Positions 14,965 to 23,233 of a stretch of 51,095 nucleotides of DNA are shown here, in pieces. Under the pieces are notes generated by a model that did no database searches, had not been told where the DNA came from, and was given only the letters and a program-made list of their open reading frames with translations. Position 1 is the first letter of the stretch. Every line of letters begins with the position of its first letter. The translations under genes were made by a program, and so were the position numbers. Origin of the DNA: Ectothiorhodospiraceae bacterium (GTDB taxonomy: Bacteria > Bacteroidota > Ignavibacteria > SZUA-365 > GCA-2699105); assembly GCA_002699105.1 (NCBI GenBank), contig PABJ01000026.1, forward strand, positions 1 through 51,095, in the 5' to 3' direction.

Positions 14965-15133
14965 TGTGTCCACATGCGTACCGGACGTTCTCTATGGACA
15001 CGATGGACTGTATGGACAGCATTTGATTCACTTGGAGCCGTCCGTTTTTCAGCGCCGCTCGGGCGCTGGAAGTAGATCATGAATTCCAGTCAGGTTGCCG
15101 CATCGTGTCCAGATTGTCCATGTTGTCCATACA
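14965..15133. repeat. TGGACA/TGTCCA iteron cluster in 3+3 inverted arrangement
   Basis: The left arm has TATGGACA (14993), ATGGAC (15003) and TATGGACA (15011). The right arm has GTGTCCA (15105), TGTCCAT (15115) and TGTCCATA (15124). A central hairpin CAGCGCC gctcg GGCGCTG is at 15050-15068. An extra GTGTCCA is at 14966. Confidence 0.65.
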
Positions 15134-15175
15134 TGGTGGTCAGGGCTTTCATCCAAGCCGAGCTGGAGCTCAGCC
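15131..15175 (+). repeat. Module S
   Basis: The sequence is acatggtggtcaGGGCTTTCATCCAAGCCGAGCTGGAGCTCAGCC. It recurs at 19189-19234 and 19484-19523. Confidence 0.8.
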
Positions 15176-15279
15176 ATCCGGGCGCGTTCTACTGGCAGGG
15201 TTCGAAGTCGGCAATTTGGGCGGGCTAAGCCAACGGCTTTTGCGGGCATGAGGAGATTGAGAGTTAAATCCGTACCGAC

Positions 15280-15355
15280 TTTCCCCTAAGAGGGGAAAGT
15301 CCTCGACGCTATAATCTTCTGCGTCGAGGGATAGGGGTCAGCACGAAGCGCTGCG
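15280..15355 (+). repeat. Module T (two stacked hairpins)
   Basis: TTTCCCCT aag AGGGGAAA is an 8-bp stem. It is followed by CCTCGACGC tataatcttct GCGTCGAGG, a 9-bp stem. The module recurs at 19346-19425. Confidence 0.8.
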
Positions 15356-15359
15356 CAGA

Positions 15360-15406
15360 GATCCCCCTGACTCGTTGCGCCATTATATGGCAACGAGTCG
15401 ACCCCT
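15360..15406 (-). repeat. Hairpin module H1, copy 3 (inverted)
   Basis: The reverse complement reads AGGGGT CGACTCGTTGC catataatggc GCAACGAGTC AGGGGGATC. It is near-identical to 7-52 apart from the loop and one flank base. Confidence 0.8.
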
Positions 15407-15491
15407 ACGCCACGGCGCACTTTCAGCCTTGTCCGACAATCGACGCGGCAAGCCGTAGCGTCGATCGCCTCAAGAGGGGAAAGAAACGACA

Positions 15492-15509
15492 CGGCACCGC
15501 ACCGTGCCG
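15492..15509 (-). terminator. Possible terminator of the lipoprotein array
   Basis: CGGCAC cgcacc GTGCCG is a 6-bp stem just 3' of the stop at 15515-15517. On the minus strand it is followed by TGTCGTTTCTTTCC. Confidence 0.4.
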
Positions 15510-15514
15510 CCGCG

Positions 15515-16600
15515 TCACTCACTCTTCACCTGTCTGCCGCGGAGGACGACAACGTCTCTGATGGTAGGGCTGATTTCACCGCACACGAATAGCACACTAT
15601 CGATAAATGTCATCGCGTTAATCCTTCTGAATCCCGGAACTTGTTGCTGCATTTCATTCCAGAGATGTTTTGTCGTACTGCCATTGTAATGCCAGAAGTT
15701 AGAAAGCTGCCAACCAATGAAAGTGTTATCCTTTGTACCGGCAATGAGTGAACCGCCAACATCCAGAATTTTTTGCCATTCACCTTCTTGCCAGAGGAAC
15801 GTACTGCTGAGTCCTGTAGCCAGGACATTCTCTTCGTTTTCGAATATGCTGTACCCGAATCGATTGGCATCGTAGTCCTTTATTTCTGTCGGAAACGAAT
15901 CGACAACTACGAACTGCTCATTCTTCCATCTCCACTGCACGGCATTACTTAAGGCATCGGCATGTTTAATCGTGACCAGTTCCAATGTCCCATCCGGAAA
16001 TTTGTGGATATACTGAGGATAGAACTCGTTGCCTATCGTCTCTGTGCTATCCAGCAGCCATTCCCATTCGGTGCCGTTGTAGCGCTGCACGCCCTGCACC
16101 GAGCCGAGGTAAATCTCATCCCGCGCGGCAACATGAACGCAGGTGCGGGGATTTCTATCTCCTTTCGGCCATGGCAGCATTGTAATGTTTCCATCCTCAT
16201 ATGTGATAATCCCTGTATTGACATGCGTACCGTGATACCAACTCGCGAATACGATGTAGCTAGAATCCAATCCATCAACGTCTACGATGTGCCCGCCCAG
16301 TGCCGTTCCCAGATTGAGGACACTCCATTCTTCTCCATCCCAGTGCCAACACCGCTCTAATCCGGTTGAATATCCCACCATATACACATTTGTTGCGCTG
16401 GTGGCATAGATCGCTTTCGCAGTGAAGAATGCAGGGTCGTTTGTTCCGGGCCGGAACAACGTATCCACCTCCCAGATGAACTCGTGAGAAGTCGTGTCCT
16501 TCTGAGTCGGCGGCGGCGGCTCAGTGGGGGTATCGTCCGCACAGCGCTGGAAGGCGAGAAGCAGCAGGGCGGTGGTGGCTATGTAGAGAGCTGTTTTCAT
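15515..16600 (-). CDS. Beta-propeller-like repeat lipoprotein, paralog 1
   Basis: 361 aa. The N-terminus is MKTALYIATTALLLLAFQRC-ADDTPTEPPPP. Motifs WHWDGEEW, RYNGTEWEW and WHYNGST recur. Confidence 0.7.
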   Translation of the reverse strand: MKTALYIATTALLLLAFQRCADDTPTEPPPPTQKDTTSHEFIWEVDTLFRPGTNDPAFFTAKAIYATSATNVYMVGYSTGLERCWHWDGEEWSVLNLGTALGGHIVDVDGLDSSYIVFASWYHGTHVNTGIITYEDGNITMLPWPKGDRNPRTCVHVAARDEIYLGSVQGVQRYNGTEWEWLLDSTETIGNEFYPQYIHKFPDGTLELVTIKHADALSNAVQWRWKNEQFVVVDSFPTEIKDYDANRFGYSIFENEENVLATGLSSTFLWQEGEWQKILDVGGSLIAGTKDNTFIGWQLSNFWHYNGSTTKHLWNEMQQQVPGFRRINAMTFIDSVLFVCGEISPTIRDVVVLRGRQVKSE

Positions 16601-16627
16601 GCTGTGTGTTATTGTATATGGAATGGT

Positions 16628-17725
16628 TTACTCACTCTTCACTTGCCTACCGCGGAGGACGACGACGTCGCGGGACGATTGGTCATATTCCGCGCAGACA
16701 AACAACACGCCGTCGATGAACGTAACCGCATTGATCATGGTTATCCTTGGGACGAGCGCAGATATTTCACTCCAAAGGTTCTTCATCGTGCTGCCGTTGT
16801 AGTGCCAGAAGTATGTCCAATGCGAACCAATAATCAGATTGTTCATACTCCCGGAAAGATAAATTCCACCTACATCGTGGATCTTAACCCAATCGGAACC
16901 ACTTCTTTTGAATGTTTTATCGAGCCCGGTTGAGAAAACATCTGATCCGCTTTCGTGAATGCTATACCCGAACCTGTTATCGGGAAATGGGCGAATCTCT
17001 GTTGGAAACGAATCGACTACAACGAACCGTTGATCTTCCCATGTCCATCGCACGATATTGCTCAAAGCATTAGCATTTTTTTGCGACACCAGTTCAAGCG
17101 TTCCATCCTGGAACTTGTGGATGTATACCGGATAAAACTCGTTGCCTATCGTCTCCGTGCTATCCAGCAGCCATTCCCACTCGGTGCCGTTGTAGCGCTG
17201 CACGCCCTGCACCGAGCCGAGGTATATCTCATCCCGCGCTGCAACATGGACGCAGGTTCTCCATTTGTCGCCCAATGGGATGGGTAAGGTCTCAAAATAT
17301 CCATTGTTGAAAACTCCCATGCTCGAATAACGAGTCCCGCCATAATCTCTGCCTGCCATGACAATGTAGGTTGAATCTACTCCGTCGATATCAACAATAT
17401 CACCGGCAAGGTAGTCACCTACATTTATGGAAGTCCATTCACTGCCAGCCCAGTGCCAGCAGATGTTATGGTCTGTGGAATACCCAACCATATAGACATT
17501 CGTAGCGCTTGTGGCATAGATTGCCTCAGCGGTAAAGAATGCTGGGAAGTTTGTTCCGGGCCGGAACAGCGTATCCACCTCCCAGATGAACGTGTGTGAA
17601 GTCGTGTCCTTCTGAGTCGGTGGCGGCGGCTCGGTGGGGGTGTCATCGCTGCACCGCTGGAAAGCGAGAAGCAGCAGTGCGGTGGTGGCTATGACGGTAC
17701 AGGCTTGGAGGAATCGTTGTATCAT
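16628..17725 (-). CDS. Beta-propeller-like repeat lipoprotein, paralog 2
   Basis: 365 aa. It shares ..LLLLAFQRCSDDTPTEPPPPTQKDTTSH.. and an almost identical central patch, CVHVAARDEIYLGSVQGVQRYNGTEWEWLLDSTETIGNEFYP, with paralog 1. The C-terminus RDVVVLRGRQVKSE is identical. Confidence 0.7.
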   Translation of the reverse strand: MIQRFLQACTVIATTALLLLAFQRCSDDTPTEPPPPTQKDTTSHTFIWEVDTLFRPGTNFPAFFTAEAIYATSATNVYMVGYSTDHNICWHWAGSEWTSINVGDYLAGDIVDIDGVDSTYIVMAGRDYGGTRYSSMGVFNNGYFETLPIPLGDKWRTCVHVAARDEIYLGSVQGVQRYNGTEWEWLLDSTETIGNEFYPVYIHKFQDGTLELVSQKNANALSNIVRWTWEDQRFVVVDSFPTEIRPFPDNRFGYSIHESGSDVFSTGLDKTFKRSGSDWVKIHDVGGIYLSGSMNNLIIGSHWTYFWHYNGSTMKNLWSEISALVPRITMINAVTFIDGVLFVCAEYDQSSRDVVVLRGRQVKSE

Positions 17726-18873
17726 CTCAGCGTACCTTTATATATCACTGCCTGCCCAGATACGTTATTGACTCCCGCTGCATAGACATTCCTCTCCGTC
17801 ACTGTGACCGCATAAAAAACGACTCGATGCTCTTCCGTATATTTATTTGCACTCGTAAACGGGAACAACATCCTCCAGGATATTCCGTTATAGTGAATGA
17901 GTGTCTTGAAGTGACCGGCAGCGAAGATATTGTTATGCCCTGTTCCACGCATTGCTTCGATCCAGCCGATCTCATCGGCAAAACTTTCACCCTCTACATA
18001 ACGCCAATGCGAAGTATCGTTGATCGATCGGATACAAAATCCTCTCCCATTAAATGTGTACAGAGAATCTCCAAACGCATAAATCGCAGATGCACCATAT
18101 AGATTTGGCGACCACCGAGGGAACGAAAAGCCATCCTTAATTCGGAAAAAAGCACCACGGGCGGGAGGAGTATTCGTATATCCCCCCGTCCAGATTCTGT
18201 GGTCGTCCAGGCCGTAGATATCGTTCAACGGGACGTCCGTCCATGTCTCTATCAACCGAAACTGACCGTTGGTGTAGTGGGTGAGAGAACCGTTGCTTCC
18301 CGCCAAGTAGATGTTATCCGGGGAAGTCCCCCAAATCTTATATATACTACCTCGCCTCGTTCCTTGAGGCGTGATTTTCTTTAACGTGTCCTTGTGATTC
18401 CAAAATTGTAATTGTCCTACCTGGTCGACGGCCAGATTCGTACCATCCTCAAAGAGATAAACAGAAAACAAGGCTTTATAACTCGGCACTCCCCACCAGG
18501 TTTTCTCAGCGTTGATGCGGTGGAGCGTCCATTCCTTTCCGTTCCAGTGAACTGCATTGTAATGCTGATCCCATCTTCCCAGGGAGTCGACTTCATGGGC
18601 GTGTTCATTGACGATTTCTCCAACAGCCCAGACGCACGTGTCATTGAGTGCATAGATATCTCTAATAACAGAATGATTGGGGCCGGCAGGTCCAAACTCG
18701 AACACCTCCCAGGTAATATCGTGGCTGGTGGTATCCTGCTGCTGGTGTACCGCGGTAGTATCGTTGTCATCCGGCGGCGGCTCGGTTGGGGTGTCGTCGC
18801 TGCAGCGCTGGAAGGCGAGAAGCAGCAGTGCGGCGGAAAGGAGCGCATAGAGCAAATGAGAAGAGGATTTCAT
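17722..18873 (-). CDS. Beta-propeller-like repeat lipoprotein, paralog 3 (divergent)
   Basis: 383 aa. The N-terminus ALLLLAFQRCSDDTPTEPPP is shared with the other two paralogs. Repeats include HWNGKEW, HYTNGQF and HYNGISW. The gene overlaps paralog 2 by 4 nt. Confidence 0.7.
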   Translation of the reverse strand: MKSSSHLLYALLSAALLLLAFQRCSDDTPTEPPPDDNDTTAVHQQQDTTSHDITWEVFEFGPAGPNHSVIRDIYALNDTCVWAVGEIVNEHAHEVDSLGRWDQHYNAVHWNGKEWTLHRINAEKTWWGVPSYKALFSVYLFEDGTNLAVDQVGQLQFWNHKDTLKKITPQGTRRGSIYKIWGTSPDNIYLAGSNGSLTHYTNGQFRLIETWTDVPLNDIYGLDDHRIWTGGYTNTPPARGAFFRIKDGFSFPRWSPNLYGASAIYAFGDSLYTFNGRGFCIRSINDTSHWRYVEGESFADEIGWIEAMRGTGHNNIFAAGHFKTLIHYNGISWRMLFPFTSANKYTEEHRVVFYAVTVTERNVYAAGVNNVSGQAVIYKGTLR

Positions 18874-18974
18874 ACTGCACCTTTAATAGCGGACGACGAA
18901 CACCGGAATGTATCGAAAAGAATGGATAGAAGATAGTCCAAAATCCCGCCCTAGTGGATTGTAGAATCGGGTAT

Positions 18975-19025
18975 CTGCACAGGCGTTCCGAGGATGCAGG
19001 AACTTCAGAGGTTCGAGGTGAAGCC
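18975..19025 (+). repeat. Module E, direct copy
   Basis: The sequence is ctgcacaggcgttccGAGGATGCAGGAACTTCAGAGGTTCGAGGTGAAGCC. Confidence 0.8.
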
Positions 19026-19188
19026 GCGCCCTCCCGTTGGGAGGGCAGGCCCGTCGCTATCATTCTTTTGCGACGGGTCGGGTGGGCGCAGGCGTTTGTG
19101 CGCGTACAGGGGTCCCAGCCAAACGGATGCCGTAGGTTGAAAATCCGCCGTGGAGGGTCCGCCGTGGCGGAGCGCTGAGGGATGGTAA

Positions 19189-19297
19189 ACATGGTGGTAC
19201 TTGGCTTTCATCCAAAGCCGAGCTGGAGCTCAGCTAAGCCGTCCCGGGGGGCGATCAGAGATCGCCATGCACGCGGGGCGTGCAGAGATTCCGGCTC
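19189..19297 (+). repeat. Module S plus ~95-bp unit (copy B1)
   Basis: Module S occupies 19189-19234. It is followed by gccgtcccgggggGCGATCagaGATCGCCaTGCACGCgggGCGTGCAgagattccgg. The unit is a direct repeat of 19484-19579. Confidence 0.8.
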
Positions 19298-19345
19298 TGC
19301 GGTCACTTCGTGACCTTGTCCGGAATGAGGAGAAGGATTAAACTT

Positions 19346-19425
19346 TTTTCCCCTAAGAGGGGAAAGTCCTCGACGCTACAATCTTCTGCGTCGAGGGAAT
19401 GGGGTGCAGCGCAATGCGCTGCACA
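19346..19425 (+). repeat. Module T plus perfect 8-bp hairpin
   Basis: The sequence is TTTCCCCTaagAGGGGAAAgtCCTCGACGCtacaatcttctGCGTCGAGG, followed by TGCAGCGC aat GCGCTGCA. Confidence 0.8.
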
Positions 19426-19483
19426 GCCGTCCGTATGTACCGGGGTGTTCGTCGCAAGAACCAATTCGCGCTTGTCAGCAATT

Positions 19484-19579
19484 CAGGGCTTTCATCCAAG
19501 CCGAGCTGGAGGGCAGCTCAGCCGTCCCGGGGGGGCGATCAGAGATCGCCATACGCGCGAGGCGCGTGGAGATTCCGGT
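19484..19579 (+). repeat. Module S plus ~95-bp unit (copy B2)
   Basis: The sequence is cagGGCTTTCATCCAAGCCGAGCTGGAGggcAGCTCAGCCgtcccggggggGCGATCagaGATCGCCatACGCGCgagGCGCGTggagattccgg. Confidence 0.8.
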
Positions 19580-19619
19580 CGTTCGCTAACTCCGATCCGA
19601 AGACAATATTGATATGTTT

Positions 19620-19677
19620 CCAAATCCCCCCGCTGAATCCGGCATCGCCGTATTCAGCGACCCCCTTGACAAGGGGG
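19620..19677 (+). repeat. Module P
   Basis: CCAAATCCCCCC is at 19620-19631. The insert hairpin GCTGAAT...ATTCAGC is at 19632-19658. CCCCCTTGACAAGGGGG is at 19661-19677. Confidence 0.8.
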
Positions 19678-19774
19678 TCGTCACACGCGCGCGCATGAAC
19701 TGCGGGGTGGGTTGCGGTGTTGTTCTAGCAAGCAGCGCAGCAAGCGCGTTTATATAGACTAAGCACTTTGCATT

Positions 19775-20218
19775 ATGATACAAGCACTTCGCTCGGCGTT
19801 CCATCGGCTGGATCCGCACATAGCCGCATGGATGAGCAAACACGGTATCGCGTTCCTGCGGTACACCCTGGCAATCATCTTCATCTGGTTCGGCGCTCTG
19901 AAACCCCTGGGCATCAGTCCGGCGGCGGAGCTCGTCAAAAACACCGTCTACTGGTTCAACGGCGATGACTTCCTCGTCATCCTCGGTGTGTGGGAGGTCC
20001 TTATCGGCGTGTTTCTCGTCGTCCCAAAAATGACCCGCGCGGCAATCCTGCTGCTCTTCCTCCAAATGCCCGGTACCATGCTTCCCCTCGTGCTTCTTCC
20101 CGAGGTGTGTTTCACGGACTTCCCCTATGGACTTACGCTGGAAGGGCAGTACATCATCAAAAACCTGATCCTCATCAGCGCGGGCATCGTGGTAGGCGGT
20201 ACCGTCCGGGAGCGGTAG
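19775..20218 (+). CDS. Small integral membrane protein, DoxX/DUF417-like
   Basis: 147 aa with about 4 hydrophobic helices. The motif LRYTLAIIFIWFGALKPLGISPAAELV resembles DoxX/DUF417-type proteins. The family assignment is tentative. Confidence 0.55.
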   Translation: MIQALRSAFHRLDPHIAAWMSKHGIAFLRYTLAIIFIWFGALKPLGISPAAELVKNTVYWFNGDDFLVILGVWEVLIGVFLVVPKMTRAAILLLFLQMPGTMLPLVLLPEVCFTDFPYGLTLEGQYIIKNLILISAGIVVGGTVRER

Positions 20219-20363
20219 GGCAGTGCTTTGCGGCCTGCGGGAACTACATAGCCTTGGATATGCGTATTGAAGATGTATTTTAGAGACATCATTTATCCAT
20301 TGTAACATCGTAACCCGGCCGCCAGGCGGCAGGGGATAGGTATAACTGAGCGTAGGAAACCGC

Positions 20364-21557
20364 ATGGCTTCGAAATTGTTCTGGCAGCGTCCGCAGCTGC
20401 GAACCGATGAAACCGAAAACAAGGAACGCAAAGCGACGTGGCTCGAGCTCTTCTTCGATCTCGTGTTCGTGGCCGTCGTTGCGCAGCTTTCGCATTCACT
20501 TGCTGCCGATACGACCTGGCCCGGCGTCACCAAGTTTGTGCTGCTGTTCGTGCCCGTTTGGTGGGTATGGATAGGAAGCACGTTTTATAACGATAGGTTC
20601 GAGACCGACGACGTAAGCCACAGGCTGTTTGCGTATCTGCAGATGATTGCCGTTGCGTCGTTGGCCTTCCATGTGCACGACGGCCTCGGAGCTTCATCGG
20701 TCGGATTCGCGATTTCGTACATTGCTGTGCGCGTCATCATCATCGTCATGTGGCTGCGCGGCGGGCATCACAGTCCCGAAGCCAGGCCGCTCACCAACCG
20801 CTACGCTATCGGGTTCTCGATCTCAGTCGCGCTGTGGATTGTCTCCATCTTCATTCCGCCGCCTTTCCGGTTCGTTCTTTGGGCCGCCGGTATCCTCATC
20901 GATATCATCACCCCGCTGACGACGCTGGAGATTCAGCGCAAGATGCCCAAGCTCAGCACATCGCATCTGCCGGAGCGCTTCGGCCTGTTTACGATCATCG
21001 TGCTCGGCGAATCCATCGTGGGCGTTGTTGCCGGCGCATCGGAAACCCACCACATGAGCGTGCCGGTCGCAGTCACGGGCATCCTCGGTCTCGCGCTGTC
21101 GTTTTCCATGTGGTGGCTGTACTTCGATAAGGTTGCGAGCAGGAGGGTAAAACCGCATCCCTGGTGGCTTGCAACGTGGGTCTACACGCACCTCTTCCTT
21201 GTCCTGTCGCTGACGGGAATCGGCTCGGGCATCCTGAATGTGGTCGCGCACGACGGCGCGATTCTCTCCCAACCGGCGCTCTGGCTCATCTGCGGATCGG
21301 TGGCGCTCTCGTTTGTGACGCTAGGACTCTTCGAATTCACCCTCGCCGGTGCGTATGAAAACCCGAAGGCAGCAAAGCGCACGGCAGGCTTCAGGTTTGC
21401 AGGCGCTGTGCTCGCGATGGTGACGGGGCTCGTGCTTGGCTCAGCGAGCTCTATCGCCGTAATCTCCGTCCTGGCAGCGCTCGCGATCATCCAAATTGCC
21501 CTGATCCTGTTTGAAGGCGATAGCGAGAAAGAAGAAGACATGCCTGAGCTCGCATAG
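20364..21557 (+). CDS. ltrA: Low-temperature-requirement protein A family membrane protein
   Basis: 397 aa and polytopic. The N-terminus ..RKATWLELFFDLVFVAVVAQLSHSL.. is the LtrA signature as I remember it. Confidence 0.75.
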   Translation: MASKLFWQRPQLRTDETENKERKATWLELFFDLVFVAVVAQLSHSLAADTTWPGVTKFVLLFVPVWWVWIGSTFYNDRFETDDVSHRLFAYLQMIAVASLAFHVHDGLGASSVGFAISYIAVRVIIIVMWLRGGHHSPEARPLTNRYAIGFSISVALWIVSIFIPPPFRFVLWAAGILIDIITPLTTLEIQRKMPKLSTSHLPERFGLFTIIVLGESIVGVVAGASETHHMSVPVAVTGILGLALSFSMWWLYFDKVASRRVKPHPWWLATWVYTHLFLVLSLTGIGSGILNVVAHDGAILSQPALWLICGSVALSFVTLGLFEFTLAGAYENPKAAKRTAGFRFAGAVLAMVTGLVLGSASSIAVISVLAALAIIQIALILFEGDSEKEEDMPELA

Positions 21558-21727
21558 CAGGCAGCTTCCCCGGAATGCGCAACTATTCGGGTGCGTATTT
21601 CGTGCAGGAGCAGTCCAGCGGTTGTAATTTCATGCAATCATACGCTTAAAGCATTAAATGAAAAAAAATCCGTAAGCTGTTGATTTTTAATGTGGAATTC
21701 TCTATTTAGCACCTGAGAAATCCACCA

Positions 21728-21817
21728 TCGAGCGTGCATTGCCGGGCGGGACTGTCCGGCAGCCGACATTGTGTCGAGGCATCTAGCCCACAAGTCCAGA
21801 GGTGCCGAGCCGCTCGA
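21728..21817 (+). other. Candidate structured leader (four-helix junction) upstream of the porin gene
   Basis: P1 pairs TCGAGCG 21728-34 with CGCTCGA 21811-17. P2 pairs TGCCGG 21740-45 with CCGGCA 21756-61. P3 pairs CGAC 21764-67 with GTCG 21773-76. P4 pairs GGCATC 21778-83 with GGTGCC 21801-06, including one G-U. The element ends about 80 nt before ATG 21896. Confidence 0.3.
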
Positions 21818-21895
21818 AGTGCTATTTCGCTCTATTCATCGATTCGAACACAAACATATTCACTCTTACTTCTTAACTACTTACGAGGTGATTTA

Positions 21896-23206
21896 ATGAG
21901 AAGAGTCCTTACAGCTATCCTGTTACTTATGGTGATGGGACTTGGCGAAGCTTTTGCACAGGAATTCAATTTCGGCGTGCAGCTTCGCGAACGGTCGGAA
22001 TTCGACGCCAAGGAGTTTTCCCTTAGCGGCGGTGACGGCGGTTCCAACTACCTTGATGTCTATCATTACCTCCGTACCCGTTTCCGCGCAGATGCGACGG
22101 TAAACGAGCACGTGAACGTTGTCGTCGAACTGCAGGATTCCCGCAAGTTCGGTACCGAAGGCGGTACGCTGAACGACGGTTTCCACGATGGCGATGAGCA
22201 CTCGAATGCATTCGATGTCCGCCAGGCGTTTGTGCACATGCGCCGGATCAACAATACGGCTGTCGATGCAAAGGTCGGCCGCATGGTCCTCAGCTATGCG
22301 AATCAGCGTCTCCTCGGAGCGATCGACTGGAATAACTTCGGTCAGAGCTTCGACGGCGGTGTGCTGACGTTCCACATGAAGAACGCCAGCCTTGACATTA
22401 TCGGCGCAGCGGTAGACCGCAACGACAACACGATCCGCCACATCCGCGATGAGTTCCTCGCAGGCGCGTGGTTCACATGGAATCCCATGGCAGACCAGAC
22501 GACCGTGCAGGTATTCTACCTCTACACCAACCCGATGAGTATGGGTATGGACAGCAGAATGTGGCTCCACACGCCCGGTATCTATGTCTCCGGCGAAACC
22601 AACGGCTTCGACTATGCAGTCGACGGTGCGTTCCAGTTCGGCGAATTCCCGAACGTCAAGCTCCAGGACGGCGAATCCACGCTCGGCATCTCGGCATATA
22701 TGGCCGGTGTGCGCGCTGGTTATACGCTCCCCGGTAACGCCAACTTCCGTATCGGCGCTGGTGTGGATATTCTTTCCGGCGACGACCCGGCAGGCGAAGG
22801 CGAAGAGGACGACAGCTTCGGCGCGTTCAACACGCTGTTCGCAACGAACCACAAGTTCTACGGGCACATGGACTACTTCCCGGGCGCCATCGGCGACCTC
22901 GGCCTGATGGATATCATCGTACAGCTTAGCGCAGAGCCGCGCGAAAACTTCCGCGTTGGCGCAGATTTCCACATGTTCAGCATCATGGTCGATCCGGCTG
23001 ACTTCCCCGGCAACGAGGATACGGAAATCGAGACGAACATCGGTATGGAGCTCGATCTCTACACGCAGTTCCAGGTGGTGGATGCTGTCTGGTCGCAAGT
23101 CGGTGTTTCGGTGATCGATCTCGCCGACCGCGTAAACCGTCCGGTCCTCCGCGGCCTGAACAAGACGAACAAGTGGGCATACATCATGCTCATGGTCAAC
23201 GTCTAA
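21896..23206 (+). CDS. Alginate-export-domain outer-membrane beta-barrel (AlgE-like porin)
   Basis: I chose the internal ATG at 21896, which lies behind GAGGTG and gives the signal peptide MRRVLTAILLLMVMGLGEAFAQ. FGVQLRERSEF...YHYLRTRFRADA...VGRMVLSYANQRLLGAIDWNNFGQSFDG fits the Alginate_exp pattern. Confidence 0.75.
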   Translation: MRRVLTAILLLMVMGLGEAFAQEFNFGVQLRERSEFDAKEFSLSGGDGGSNYLDVYHYLRTRFRADATVNEHVNVVVELQDSRKFGTEGGTLNDGFHDGDEHSNAFDVRQAFVHMRRINNTAVDAKVGRMVLSYANQRLLGAIDWNNFGQSFDGGVLTFHMKNASLDIIGAAVDRNDNTIRHIRDEFLAGAWFTWNPMADQTTVQVFYLYTNPMSMGMDSRMWLHTPGIYVSGETNGFDYAVDGAFQFGEFPNVKLQDGESTLGISAYMAGVRAGYTLPGNANFRIGAGVDILSGDDPAGEGEEDDSFGAFNTLFATNHKFYGHMDYFPGAIGDLGLMDIIVQLSAEPRENFRVGADFHMFSIMVDPADFPGNEDTEIETNIGMELDLYTQFQVVDAVWSQVGVSVIDLADRVNRPVLRGLNKTNKWAYIMLMVNV

Positions 23207-23233
23207 GTCGAAATACCTTACTACGTACAGCAG

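Noticed and set aside
15190-15215. GGGTTCGAAGTC, resembling a tRNA T-arm.
   Set aside because: The flanking bases do not form a T-stem, and no acceptor, D or anticodon arms can be drawn. I found no convincing tRNA anywhere in the window.
14679-19774. Possibility that the repeat-rich blocks are CRISPR arrays.
   Set aside because: There is no regular repeat-spacer periodicity. The repeats belong to several different families, lie in mixed orientation and have variable spacing. No cas genes are present.
19586-20581. 331-aa minus-strand ORF. Similar ones are at 11354-12106 (-), 12150-12737 (-) and 12652-13671 (-).
   Set aside because: They overlap the better-supported plus-strand genes (DoxX-like/LtrA, T9SS cargo, lipoproteins) or the repeat mosaic. 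They have no start context or recognisable motifs.
21734-21895. Upstream extension of the porin ORF (track start 21734).
   Set aside because: The extension is Arg/Cys/Ser-rich and lacks a signal peptide. The internal ATG 21896 has GAGGTG upstream and yields a canonical signal peptide. The extension also coincides with the candidate structured leader.
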